A DNA stretch of 64,000 nucleotides from Raillietiella orientalis (taxonomy: Eukaryota). Positions 52,161 through 64,000 of the stretch are shown in pieces. The translations under genes were made by a program, and so were the position numbers. Numbering within the stretch: position 1 is the first letter of the stretch; each line of letters starts with the position of its first letter. The DNA lies in the NCBI GenBank assembly GCA_036172245.1, contig JAYWIR010000005.1, positions 5,146,001 through 5,210,000 on the forward strand. Reading direction: 5' to 3'. The notes beneath the pieces are model-generated. The model did no database searches and was not told the origin of the DNA. It worked only from the letters and a program-made list of their open reading frames with translations.

Positions 52161-53561
52161 GGAGATCGACGGGCTTGAGATGTCACTATGGTGGTACCGT
52201 AAGGCTTTTCACAGATCGAGCAGCTTGCGATCCAGAAGAAGCACCCAATGATCTGCAAGAAGGAATGCCAAGCAAAATGGATTTCTTAGTGTGGTGCTCA
52301 CGTATTTGGTGAGCTCATTGGGAAAAACCATTCCGTAGCCCTCGAATAGGAACCCTGTCTAACTGCGCAGCGAAATGCACTTTATCGGATGTGCCAAACC
52401 CCCTATTTACGTCGATCCTCATCTCCATATGGAGTCGTTCCGTTACATGCTGGCGAGGCGCTCGAGATTGCCGACTTTAAAGAGAATTAAAGTATTCGGC
52501 ACCGATTGCCTCACGCGCAGAATGGGGAACCTTTGGAGGGGTCACAACTTCGTCGTAACGAGGAGGTCGATGACGGAACCCACAACTGTTTTGGACACTA
52601 CAAAACCAATGCAAAGGAACAGTTCGATTTAGCAACATTCACGTATTTTGGTGTACATTTTAGAAAGTTTCACCTATTTCCAAATCCATATGCATAACGA
52701 GGATCTGAGATCGTTTATTCGACAGCCGCTCTTATTTTTTTTCCCGTTAGGCGTAGGGCAATGAGAGTGAACTGATGTGAAATACGAATACAAGTTCCAG
52801 CCCACTATCTTTCCACTGGACAAACGGCTCATGCGACCCTCAATATTCTCTCAATAAGAACCAGAATGAAAGTAAGTGGTAATGGTTTCTTACAGTGGAG
52901 ACTCAGTTTGCCTTGTAAATGTGTTCTTTTTCCCAATAACAGGTAATTATTCTTTTCCTCTGACCACAAAAAAAACGCACTTCAAATATACTCCGTCCTC
53001 TACGTGTTCCGGGCGCGGTAATCCAGTAAATAAAACTTTCATACTGCTCTGTCCTTCTGAAATTTGTGCTTAATTCCTCATTGAATTTCTGAAATATTTT
53101 GCGACTGCATATCGTCATTCCACGACCAAAATGATACAAATGAGCCACACAATCGGCATCGATATCATGATGACATCACAGTTTCGTTTCGGCTTGACGG
53201 TGAATGACAAAACACCGCCTACAGTCCTATACAACGGCTGCAATGACAGCCACTTGGCTCAGTCAGCAATTTCAACATTTTTCATCAGTTACCAACTTTG
53301 CCTTCAAGCGTTGTTGGGACGCATTTATTAAAAAAAAAAAAAATTCTTCCTTTCAAATAGACGAGTACAATCGGCTTTTGCAAGTCAATCGCAGACCTAA
53401 GCTCTTCGTTTTCATCAATCTTCCTTTTGTGTCCACATCTGTCAAGAACTCATCCTAAATAAAAATACCTTTCAAACTTTGGCACCGAAAAAAAAAAAAA
53501 AAAAACCATTCCTGTTTGTCGAATAAGACAGAGAAGCCGTGAACGTTGACACTGTAGTCAC

Positions 53562-54556
53562 CACGTGCTCGTGTTTTCTACGTGTTAGCTTTCGAGTTTG
53601 GTACCGAACTTCGTGATGGTGCACCATGACCAAGAGGTGTGATCTGTGAAAACCCAAACAATGCCGCAGGATGCTTCGACTGATCATGGATTTTCCTTGA
53701 TTCGAACCGGCTCGAGCGACAAAGCCAACTCAACATCAGTTGCAACCGATTTCTTGTAGTCTTCGTAGAACAAACTGGAAAAATGAGCTTGTGCAAGACA
53801 ACTGGCCGTTTGCCACGTCGCGATCCGGCACTCGTACACAACACGTGGTAAGGCGGCAGCAGCCCTACCACGTGTTGTGTACGAGTGACCCGGACCTTCC
53901 GTCGGAGCCCCAAAGCAAAATGCCATATTTTCAAGTGCACGTTCTGCCGACGACTAATCGGGGAGCAGAGGGGATCATCGAAGGAAATGACTTCCTCATA
54001 CTGCCGTACTGCGGATATTCCAATATTCCTCTGATCGCAAACGGACTGGTCAGGAGGGAATATTCCCTACTCTCAGAGTCGCACATGAAAACACAGGTGC
54101 CCAGCAGCTCTTTAATTTTTCGGAATTGACTGAATGGGATCATTCGTTATGAATGTGTGAACATGTTTCCGGGTGAATGGAAGCATCTGTCGGAGTTGCC
54201 ACATCTATTATCCCGTTTTCAATTTGCGTCCCGACAACTAATCAGCTTGCGTCTTATCAGGGTTCGGGGAATCCGCTGAATTCGGTGGAATCGAACTTTT
54301 TACGTCTTCTTTCTTTTCGCTTACTTTAAATGAGACGGAAAATTCTTGTAGCATGAATGCTCTAACGGAAGGTGCGCATGTGCTTTGCTGGGTGCTGCTT
54401 CCGTCGTTGGAGACACGTGACACGTGAATGGGCAAGCAGCGTAATGCACAAGGCACGTGTCCGGAAAAGCAGAAGCAGACACAGCAAACCACTGAAGGAA
54501 TTTCCCCACGAGGAACTTGTTCGGGACAGAAGGCACCCGAAAGAGGTCTCCACGTG
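53562..54556. promoter_or_regulatory. Cluster of seven CACGTG E-boxes
   Basis: CACGTG starts at 53562, 53842, 53869, 54414, 54421, 54454 and 54551. Regulatory function is inferred only. Confidence 0.35.
53824..53894. repeat. Hairpin with perfect 22-bp arms (53829-53850 / 53866-53887)
   Basis: cactcgtacacaacacgtggta-aggcggcagcagccc-taccacgtgttgtgtacgagtg, extended by tccgg/ccgga outside and ggc/gcc inside. Confidence 0.95.
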
Positions 54557-56241
54557 GGTCGTACGCGAATTTGGTTGAGCTTTTTGAACTTTCGCAGCTC
54601 CGGGCTCACTATGTGGTGATATTGCGATGTCGGTATGTATAACTTACGCATTTCTTGAGTGGGAGCTTGTCTCAGGAGCACAAAATTATTGGCACACTGT
54701 TCGAAATGTAGTCAGGTTACTGTGATTGCTAAGTGTACGAGTGGCAACAACCATCCATACATCCCGCCAGTAATTAGTACTGTTACGATGTACACATTCA
54801 ATTTGCAAAGCGCGCATCCAATTATACTTCATCAGGATCTTTGATGCAGTATGATCATCCATGGGTGCCAGGATGTAATGAGTGCCCACATGCAAGTATT
54901 TTTTTGGTGTACTGTAACTATGGAAAACCGGAAAGCAGTCAAAACTTCCGTAGTAACTGTCAAACAGCTACAACGTAAACAAACATATGAATGAAATTGC
55001 GCCAATTCTTGAGAAGCATAGCGGATAGCAAACTCTTACATATCTTGTTTCATGTGAGCATTATTTTGCCTTTGCATAATCATAGGCTAATCTCCAACAA
55101 TTTGGAAAAAAATTGTGAAATGCAATTAATCTGCAGCTTTTTTAAATTGTACCCTTTATTCTGAATTAAATGAGAAAGAAATCTCAAGCAGTACTTTTTG
55201 GATTCAAAAATTTACAAAATCTTTTGCATTTGCTAATAAACAGCCGATCATTCAGCTTCTGATCAGAATCCAGAAATGCTCACAAAAGTCAGGACATATA
55301 TTTGCAACCAAAATGCCATACATTCAAGCTGCAAAATTCAAAATAATTTCTGTTGATCCTAGCAATGGATTCCTGATTGTGACTGTCATGTGACTGTACA
55401 ACTTTACACCTTTTTTCTGTGTAATTATGTATAACACTAAACATACAGGAGAAGGCTTTATGAATTCTCATCAGCTTCTCATACTGCTAGCCTCAAAAAC
55501 TCTCTATGTATTGAAACAGCACTGAAATAAATAACATGCATATTTATGCAGTGCATTATTATTATGGAGGCACTTAACAAGTTTTACTATGTATCACATG
55601 CATGCCTTGATCCACTGATATACCATATCACTGCATGTACATGCTTCACTCAGAACCTCTGAAACTTACTCAGTATCAGTGTAAATTTCCGGTTAGTACA
55701 AAATGAACACAATTTAATCAAATATTTATTGAATACGGCTACTCAGTGTTCATGATACACTGACTACATTCAATCAACTGGGAGAAGCACTTTGAACTGC
55801 ACTATGCGAATACAGCTAGTGAACTGGTATCATTATGCATGCTTGGAAAATGTGAATTCTACATCTATGTTTTTATCTACAACATGCATAGCAGTTTTTC
55901 CTCAACACACTTTTAAGATAACTAAAATATGCATATTTTTTTTTTACAAAGCATTGTGCTATTGCCTTGTATTAAGATAATATTGGAATCTGAAAATGCA
56001 AACACTGTATTATGTTCGAAGATTAAAAATTACCATTTAACAATGTGCATAAGGCTAGGTGGGAATCTGAAGTTTTTGATACATAATATTCTTTACCTTG
56101 TATTCATGTCGATTTGAATCCAATACAGTACTGAATGGAAGGAACTTAGTTAGGTCTAAATATCCTTGTTCAAGTTCCGTATATGACATCGATGAAGTTT
56201 ACTTTATTCAAAACTCAACCACTATTCGGAGTTTTTAAAAC

Positions 56242-56473
56242 ATGAGGCCTAACGGTTACGTGCATATCAGGAAGCATCGTCCTACAGGTATTAAAACTGG
56301 AAATTCTAAACATAAGCATGATTATTTTGCTCGGGCAAGATCCGCAGAAAACTGCCGTTTCAGTGAATTACGTTACAAAGCTGCCAAACAGCAGCAAGGA
56401 ATCCCAGAAATCGGAGGACATCAGCTACCAGAACTTCAAGATGGATTGGCAACCCAGAAGCGTTCACTACACG
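56242..56473 (+). CDS. Candidate first two exons of an unidentified gene
   Basis: AAAAC-ATG at 56242; exon 56242-56287, intron GTATT...TTTCAG, exon 56364-56473 followed by GTAAAC. The in-phase join gives MRPNGYVHIRKHRPTVNYVTKLPNSSKESQKSEDISYQNFKMDWQPRSVHYT. No homology recognised. Confidence 0.25.
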
Positions 56474-59400
56474 GTAAACCTCACTCAACAATGTGCGTTG
56501 TTTGGGATGCTGCACGTCACGCACATCGCGCCGGCCAATGACGGCCCCGGCACGCGATCACGTGATTCGCATGGCGCTCATTTGAATGAGTCTGGAGGAT
56601 GACCGGGCGAGAGGGGTCTTCCCGAAGCGATTTTAACGACCTGGAGGTGCTGCTGCTCGTTCCCTTGTAGCTTCACGTGCAGACGCCTCGGGCCTTTTTT
56701 TTTTTTTGGTCTTTCCATGCAAGAGTACAAGAGTTAATCTTAGGCGTGCAGCGACGTGGCTGCGCTCGAATTTGACGTCCCCGTGATCCCGGATTTTCCA
56801 CGTCTTGAGCTTACCAGCACAAAAGACAAGCTGCCCCGCTAAAGTGCCCTGCTCCTTAGATTCGTCCATGATCAGAGCAGGGTCGTATAAGAAACGAATA
56901 GATCATTCGGAATGCAAACAGTGGAAGTTTTGAGAACACTGGAGCATTTCGGGAGTGTGCAAGTGAATTCTGGAATATTCTTCCCCCCCTCCCCCCCCAC
57001 ACACACCGCACAAAGAACAGGAAAAACTTTGACAATTTTCTGAACTATTAAAGAATCGAGTCCTCGGAATGCATGCGTGTTCTTCCTTAAGATCAATCAA
57101 AGACATGCGAAGAATCGGAATGTGGAGAACACTGGGCAACCACAGCAAATAAGCAGCTTTGAATTCACCTCATGTGGCTCATTAAGTACAAACTCACTTT
57201 GCCCATTAAGTCTCAGTGATGAAACCTCAAACTTGAAAATCTGGTTCCATCAGTTGTGGTACCACGGAGGTTAGGATGACCACCTCAACACGAAGCGTGA
57301 GCGCAAGTTAATTTTTTCCTGTCATCTCAGCAGTGGCTGCAAATGTTCTGCTTTGTTCTCGTTCACACAAAGGAATACCTTTGTGTGAACTTGAAGAGCA
57401 ATGTGCTTTTTCCTCCACTGAAGAATGCGCAAGCAGTTTTCCATTCATCTAAGATCCACAAATGTTCTAAACTCCAAGCAGTAGAAGAACACGAACCGCC
57501 TTCTAGAAAATTTTTGGTCGGAATATGAGTGCCTTCACAATACAAAAAAAAAAGGATGTATAGTTATGTCAGCAATAAAACTGCAGCATAATGGTAATGG
57601 AAACAGTTCTTGGAAATTAATTTTCCAGTCCATTGTTTGGATGCCACTGATGAAAATTTCCAACGTTCTTCGTCGCAGCAGTTTTTCAAGGATTCCTCTC
57701 TTTCTCTGTTCAGCTCGAAAGTCGACCTCAAAAAGCACGGCAAACACTGCTTGCAGGCACGGGAACCCACAAAAAGTGCTGCTTTCGTTTTAGCCACAAA
57801 TCTCATCAGGTTCAAGTTGGTTCCAGTTTTGCCGTGTTCCTTTGTCTCCCATCGATGGTTAAAAACCGAAAGCAAGTGGAACGATTCGAACGACCTTCTG
57901 ATACTTTTTTTTTTGAAACGCATTGAGGCGGAGACCGAGGACTCGAGTGCCTTCTGGAGTAGAGCATCAGCTGATGTAAAGCATGCAGATGAATTGAAAA
58001 TCAGGAGCTCTGTTCTGCAGCGTGGGTAAGGAGACTCCCTAGATCCGATGTACTTCCGAATCGGGAAGACATTTGTGTACGGAGCAAGGCCTTCCGAGAG
58101 AAGACCTCTGCTTCCTCTTGTACGCAACGCTTCGTTTCCGATGTTTCCTTGAACACACTGCAAACAACACCAGTGTGTGTGCGCTTTGAAGTGGGCAAAC
58201 TTTTCTCTGCTGGAAAGACAACCTGAGGACTGTGTAGTCTCACATTACCCAGAATCTTGAGTGGAATTTGGCGATGGCTGCTGCACTCTTTCTCGGTTGG
58301 GTTCGAAGGTCAGCAAAAAAAAGGTTTTTGTGGTTCCAGTTTCGGCATGCTGTTCCCCCCTCGTTGATAGGAGCATCCCGAGGCAAAAGAAGCATCGATC
58401 TTTCTCTTTAAGTCGTCAGGGAAACATGAGCCGCAGCCCAGTTCCGTCCAATAATACTCTCAGAGCAAGGCAGGATCTCCGTCGCCGTTTTCTAATGGGC
58501 TTCCGGTCAGGATGGGGACTGATTCGAGAGGGAAAGGAACCCTCAGAAGTCGCAACGGCTCTTCGAATCAAGGCCCCACCCCACTGTCGCATGCACGAAT
58601 TCTGCCCAGGGACAGAAGTAAGGAGGACGCTATGGGTGCCATTCTGTCCGCCGCGTTCCATGACCGACTGCAAAGTCGTGTTCTTGCTCAGGCTGCTCCG
58701 TTCATTAAGTCTCTCCATAAGATCGTTCAACATTCTCTAAGGACGCAGATTCTAGTGCTCGTTTCCGCAAAAGGGTAGCTAGGAAGGCAGCCCGATTTAG
58801 GAATCCATTACTCCGATGGTTCTCTCTGTCTTCCCCTGTGGATGGATGCACAGGGTGTGAAAGGACACCAGATGGTCCTCTGACCAAGTGTTCGTGACAA
58901 CCGTGTTCTCTCGTTTGCTTCTCATTCCGAAAGCTCCAAGTCCCAAGGGAACTCCGTGATTCTACGAGCTACAGACGATTCCGCAGCACTGCTCGGATAC
59001 CTGCTGGTTTGCGATTGCAGGTGAGATGGGGGTTCGCGCATCGTTAGAGGGGCAGATGAGGCCTACTGGGTTACTCGTGCACGAACCATCCTCCTCCAGA
59101 GCTCTTGTCTCTCCAGGATCGAAACGCCCACAGCTGTGGAGAGGAGAGCATGACGCGATCCTCAAGGCGCTCTCCCTACGGAAATGGAGATGTTGACAAA
59201 GAAATGTGTAAGGGCAGACAAAAACTTGAGGAGGGATGGCCGCCCGCGATTGCCATGCAGCGCCAGCTCTTCTAACCAGGAATCGCCCTACGGAGCGACG
59301 TCAAGGTCAACACGGGATAGCGACGAGGACGTCAAGGACAAAAAGCAAGGCAGCTGTGAGCTCAAGAAGAGGTGACATCCAAGTGTCCAGCTCTCACGGT

Positions 59401-60856
59401 TACCATCAGTTTCGTTCCAATAAAAGATCTTGCTGAGTTAAAAAAAGAAATCGCACCCTGACCACTGAACGCGCTTCTCTCGGGGAGAATCACACCAACA
59501 CATTAAAGGTAAAGGCGAAACGTGTTGAAGATCGGTTCTCTTTAGCTCTCCTTCAAGACGGCTGTGATTTTCAGAGGTTCTTCAGTCGCTGACACTGACT
59601 TTACATGTCTCTGGTACATATTTCGCAAAGACTTCCTGTTAGAGGACAGTGTTTCTTTTTGATGCGTTCCTCCTGCCTTCGGCATCTTGAATTCTGCTAG
59701 TATTCGTGATCCACTGCAGCTCAAGATCCCAAGCATCCTGCGATGAATGCTCTTATTGTTGTGGGAGCTCCTTTGCAGTCGAAGTGGTGAGTCCATCTTC
59801 GATGCTTTCTCCCTCTTTCTGCCTGGCATCTTCTAGCGCCTTCGATGCATACTGGGAAGAGCATGTAGTGTTGTGCAGGATTACCTCCCCTTTGCTCTGA
59901 AGAATCAGGCCTGTCTTCAGCATCGGATCGGTTCCTGGGATGGACTGAGCGGAGGCCACGAACTAAGTGGAAGTATTTCAGGGTACACCTTTTGATCCAG
60001 TCGCTCATGTCTCTCGTTGATCTTTTGTGCTTCTGTTGTTGGCGCATGGACTCGAGATGTGTCCAGTGGGCCATTCCACAGTGACGTATCTCTAGCACAA
60101 CCACAGTTTGCAGAGAGAGTCTGACAATCCAGGGAGGAAATTCTTTCTCCCCTGGGTAGGTCACCGTAGCAATCGGTTCAGATGAAAGATGAAACTCACT
60201 CTGTCTCTCAGTTCTACTTTCAGACGTTCTCTTTAGCTATTCGCATCAGGACTATGGGTGCCGCTGACCAAAACGTTGACTCACATCTGATTACACTGAC
60301 TATATCTAGTGTTTTCTCGTTTTTGGGCCTGCTGTCCCGCTTGCCCTCTGAGACAGCTCTCAAGCTCTGCTGCAGCGTTCTTCCCAATGTGCCCTTAAGC
60401 CTTGTTTGCACACTCGAGGCTCGAGGCACGTTCTGCACGCCTTTTCTTTCTCCGCACCACTGGGTGACTAGCGAGTGATTAGTCACGAAGGATTACCACC
60501 ATGCGTTTGCATTTTTTTTTTGTTCTTTGTTACTTTTCTTATTTTCGTTGTTATTCTTGGTGGTGTTCTTTTGCGTGTTCGTCTTCGGGCCGGGCGGCTT
60601 AGCTCTGCCGTTGCCGAAGATCTCCGACTTTTGCGGTAGGTCAGGTTTGCCGTCGTTCGCAGTCCATTTTAAGGAAGGGGTGCTCTGGGGAATTTGGCTC
60701 TGGACCACTTGGCCAGCCTCAGGAGAGACGGGAGGATCTTCTATTGTGCGCAGCCGGGCTCTCCCGACATTTCTTCTCAAAGATTCACGCGGAAAAGCGT
60801 CCTATGGGAACCGCCGGCGTCCTGTTCTTGTGCACATGTGCGACTGGTGCCGATCG

Positions 60857-61937
60857 CAAAGTCCAAAAGATCATGAAAAATTAACGCATGTGCTTATTCT
60901 ACAGAGATTACTATACAAAGTTATTTTAACATAAATTGTTATTCATATTTAGTAACGCACGTAGTATTAACAATAATGTTATTGGAACAGATGTATTTAT
61001 TAAGATTCAGTGGCACACATTTTATTAATAAAAGTAATAAGCTGTTGATTATATTGTCGATACATGTGTTAAGGTTATAAAAATGAATATATGTGTTTAT
61101 GATATACATCAATATTTATAGATGGTATAAAGAAATATATATGTGAATATAAATATGTACATATATGCATAAATAGAAATATGCACACACATGTATATTT
61201 CTTCACATATACGCGTATGCATATATTTATATTTATATAGATATGTTTATATATATACAAAATATACACTTAATGAATACATGAATATCAAATTTTAAAG
61301 AATAAGGAATGATGGTGCCATAATAAAAATGGTGCAAAAGATTAAAAAAGCTGACAGTTTCAAACAGACGAAATGGAAAATGCGGCATATGGAAACGTGA
61401 AAAAAGAATGGAAGATGAGAAAAAGTCTTCCCCCCTCTCCATGTTTTCATATGCCAAATTTCCTTTTTGGTTTATTAAATTTGTTTGCATTTTTGCTTTT
61501 TTCCCACTATTTTCGTCGCAGTTATTTTGTATTTTTAAAAATTCGACATTTATATATTCACTTAATATATGTGAATATATACAATAAACACATACGTCTT
61601 TTATTTTAAATAAATATGTATATATTATATATTCAATTTTTATAATCTTCTTGAAGTATATTAATTTATATATTAATCTTTAAATAAACACGTATATGTC
61701 AATATATATAATAAGCACATATATGCATTTTTCGTCATCTTTAATACATATAGCAACAATATAACCAACAACTTATTAGTTTTATTAATAAAATGTATGC
61801 CATTGAATATAATATTACTGTTAATAATATACACGTTGATAGATATGAATAACAATCTATGTTAAAATAACTCTGTATATTAATCTATCTGTAGAATAAG
61901 CACATGTGTTTATTTTTTATGATCTTTCGGGATTTTG
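60857..61937. mobile_element. ~1.1 kb AT-rich fold-back element (imperfect palindrome over its whole length)
   Basis: Left caaagtccaaaagatcatgaaaaattaacgcatgtgcttattctacaga...gttattttaacataaattgttattcatat matches the reverse complement of about 61740-61937. The inner match ggcatatggaaacgtg / catgttttcatatgcc closes on ggaaga-N10-tcttcc at 61410-61431. The inverted repeat is directly visible; a transposon origin is inferred. Confidence 0.8.
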
Positions 61938-64000
61938 AACCAGACCCATGTGTTACACCAAGTACAGAACCGTTTGACAACAAACGTCTCCCATGGGATG
62001 TGGGAGATGTTCTGTGTAAAGATCCCCTACATCCCATACGAGACTGACGACCGTTCTCAGGTGGGGGGAATAATTACCGTATTTAACGTCTTCAGTCTCT
62101 CATAGCAAAGCACGTTAGAAGGTACTGAGGATGGATTTCTGTTTCCACGGGAAACGCGTTTATTTACGGTGCACCTGCGAGTTCAGGAATGTCCAATCTC
62201 ATTCCCGAAGTACGTTCGACGAAGGACCAGAGGTGAACACCACCAAGATCTGGTGAGATCAGAAAGGACCATCACGTACATAGCGCAGAACCAAGAGGTT
62301 AAAACTCTTTTACCGCCCAGCCACCTATGCTGAAAGGGCACCCCGTTTCCAAGCGACGCGAACGAGCAAAGGTAAGGAGAAACCGAAGCCGAAGACCTCG
62401 CGAAGTCCTCGTCCTTGGCGAGGGCATCCCTAACAGGAAGTGATCCTGCCTCAGGATAAGTAATGTTGCTACTTGCTGTTCCAATAGTCCGGAAAGCAAA
62501 CCGCGTGCAGGAAGTGGACAAAAGTCCCGAGCAAGTTCGAGGATAGGCTGATTCGAAATTCCTCGTGAGCGCGCATAGTGGATCCAGGACAGAGTAAGTC
62601 TACGAGGCGCACAGGGACTGGATGGTGATGGCGGTTTGATGTCACCTCATGTGGGTGTTGCCTCGCATTGGAAACGCATCCAGGTAGCTTCCGTCTCCTC
62701 ATTTCGATCCGGAATCTGTTCGCAGGCGAGCGGATGCCAACACATCCTGGATTTCCGACTTTCCGAGAGAGCATGACCTTTCTCGTTCTCTCGTCTCTTC
62801 TTTGCGGTGCGCATCCTTCCTCGCGCATTCCTCCCATGTTATCAGCACCATCTCCATCTCCGCCACCTCTCTGCCCGCTGCCGCGCAGCAACGTGGTAGA
62901 ACCAGACCCGCGAGTGACACCAAGCGCAGAACGTCTCCGACATCCCCTATGCAACTGGCGATCGATCTCAGGTGGGAGGAAATCCACCGGGAGTCTTACG
63001 GGAGCCGCAATTAAAGTCTCCAGTCTTACACGGCCAAGCACGTGGGAAGACACCCGAGCGAGGAGAAGCGCCCTTCCTTCGCCAGACCCGGAAGATCGTG
63101 ATTCATGCACCGTACGCTTCCTTCGTCACTCGTTCCCTCCTCCAGAAGTCGGCGAGGAGGACGGTTGTCGGTCGGGATGCCAGTGACCTCCGGTATGCAG
63201 GAGCACCCGGAAGGTAAGCCAGCTTTTCCTGAGATCGCGTTTCGAATGGCAACGCATGACAAGGACTTGCTGCTGCACAGAGTGTTTTAAGGATGCACTA
63301 CGCTCACCCTGTTGCACGCAGGGGCACACGAAACATCGAAAGGACGCATGGGCTGGAGTTTTGCAAGGCCGAGAGGTGTACGAACGAGGCTGCCACATCG
63401 CTCGCGGAGCAGAGAGCTACTCACGTGCATCCTGGTCGTTTAGGAGGGCGCCCGGAGAGGAAAAATCCTCATCACTGCGGACCGATTCGCGTTGCCGACC
63501 TTTCCCTCCTTCCAACGGGATACCGCTCGGAGTTCCCACGAGCGAAACCTTATAGGGACCCTACCGCGGGCAAGGGACCTTCCCGGAACATCACTCGCTG
63601 CTGATCGTTGCGGAGAGGCACGAAGAGTCCACCTTGCCGCTGCCCCTCGCGGGTGGATCCCGGCGGGTTCAAAGTGCATTAGCTTCCCTGCATGACGGAG
63701 TTCACCTTCAGAGCGGGAAAGACGGGCCTGGCCAAAAACGAGGACGCGGATCGATCGGGCAACGCACTCCCGGCGGGCCACGTCGAAACACTCGTGGCGA
63801 GAGGTCACTCACAGTCAATGAAACCGCAGTGCTTCCTGTCCCTCCTCCTTCCAGACTGCCCGCCGCAGAACCGCCCGTCCACTGCGGACGCTCTTGGAAG
63901 CCTCGGTGGCACAGTACTGCCGTTCGTTCCCCCTTTCGCCTCCCCCTCCGTCCGACCCTATCGGAGTACCTCGAACTGCCCGGGAGCCAACGGACATACG

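Noticed and set aside
57500..64000. Many overlapping ORFs of 60-213 aa in the GC-rich flanks of the fold-back
   Set aside because: No coherent exon chain or recognisable protein; probably old TE-derived DNA, but the motifs are too weak to call.
1..64000. CRISPR arrays, operons or other prokaryotic systems
   Set aside because: The DNA is clearly spliceosomal-intron-containing eukaryotic sequence, and no regularly spaced direct repeats were seen.

Overview
Eukaryotic (animal, invertebrate-type) genomic DNA with many very short introns (about 37-57 nt). The organism cannot be identified from the sequence; a compact-intron invertebrate such as a basal nematode is only a guess. Five multi-exon genes can be rebuilt by hand with phase-consistent splice junctions: HDAC6 (minus, 1870-11999, about 1012 aa), an ORP1/ORP2-type oxysterol-binding protein (plus, at least 23082-29841, 5' end unresolved), RPL8 (minus, 31521-33286, 257 aa), TXNL1 (plus, 43269-44607, 284 aa) and PPIP5K/VIP1 (minus, 44645 to at least 51160, 5' end unresolved). 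Much of the intergenic and large-intron DNA looks like heavily decayed non-LTR reverse-transcriptase fossils on both strands, plus one Ty3/gypsy pol remnant; these calls come from motif recognition by eye. The most notable observations are: a ~1.1 kb AT-rich fold-back palindrome (60857-61937) and three smaller hairpins; TXNL1 and PPIP5K stop codons only 37 nt apart in convergent orientation; a sharp CpG-depleted versus CpG-rich mosaic suggesting regional germline DNA methylation; two or three GC-AG introns and several AAG acceptors among about 50 introns; an HDAC10-like gatekeeper Glu in HDAC6 domain 1; and a cluster of seven CACGTG E-boxes upstream of PPIP5K. No rRNA, tRNA or CRISPR array was seen, and I cannot claim a clearly new biological system.
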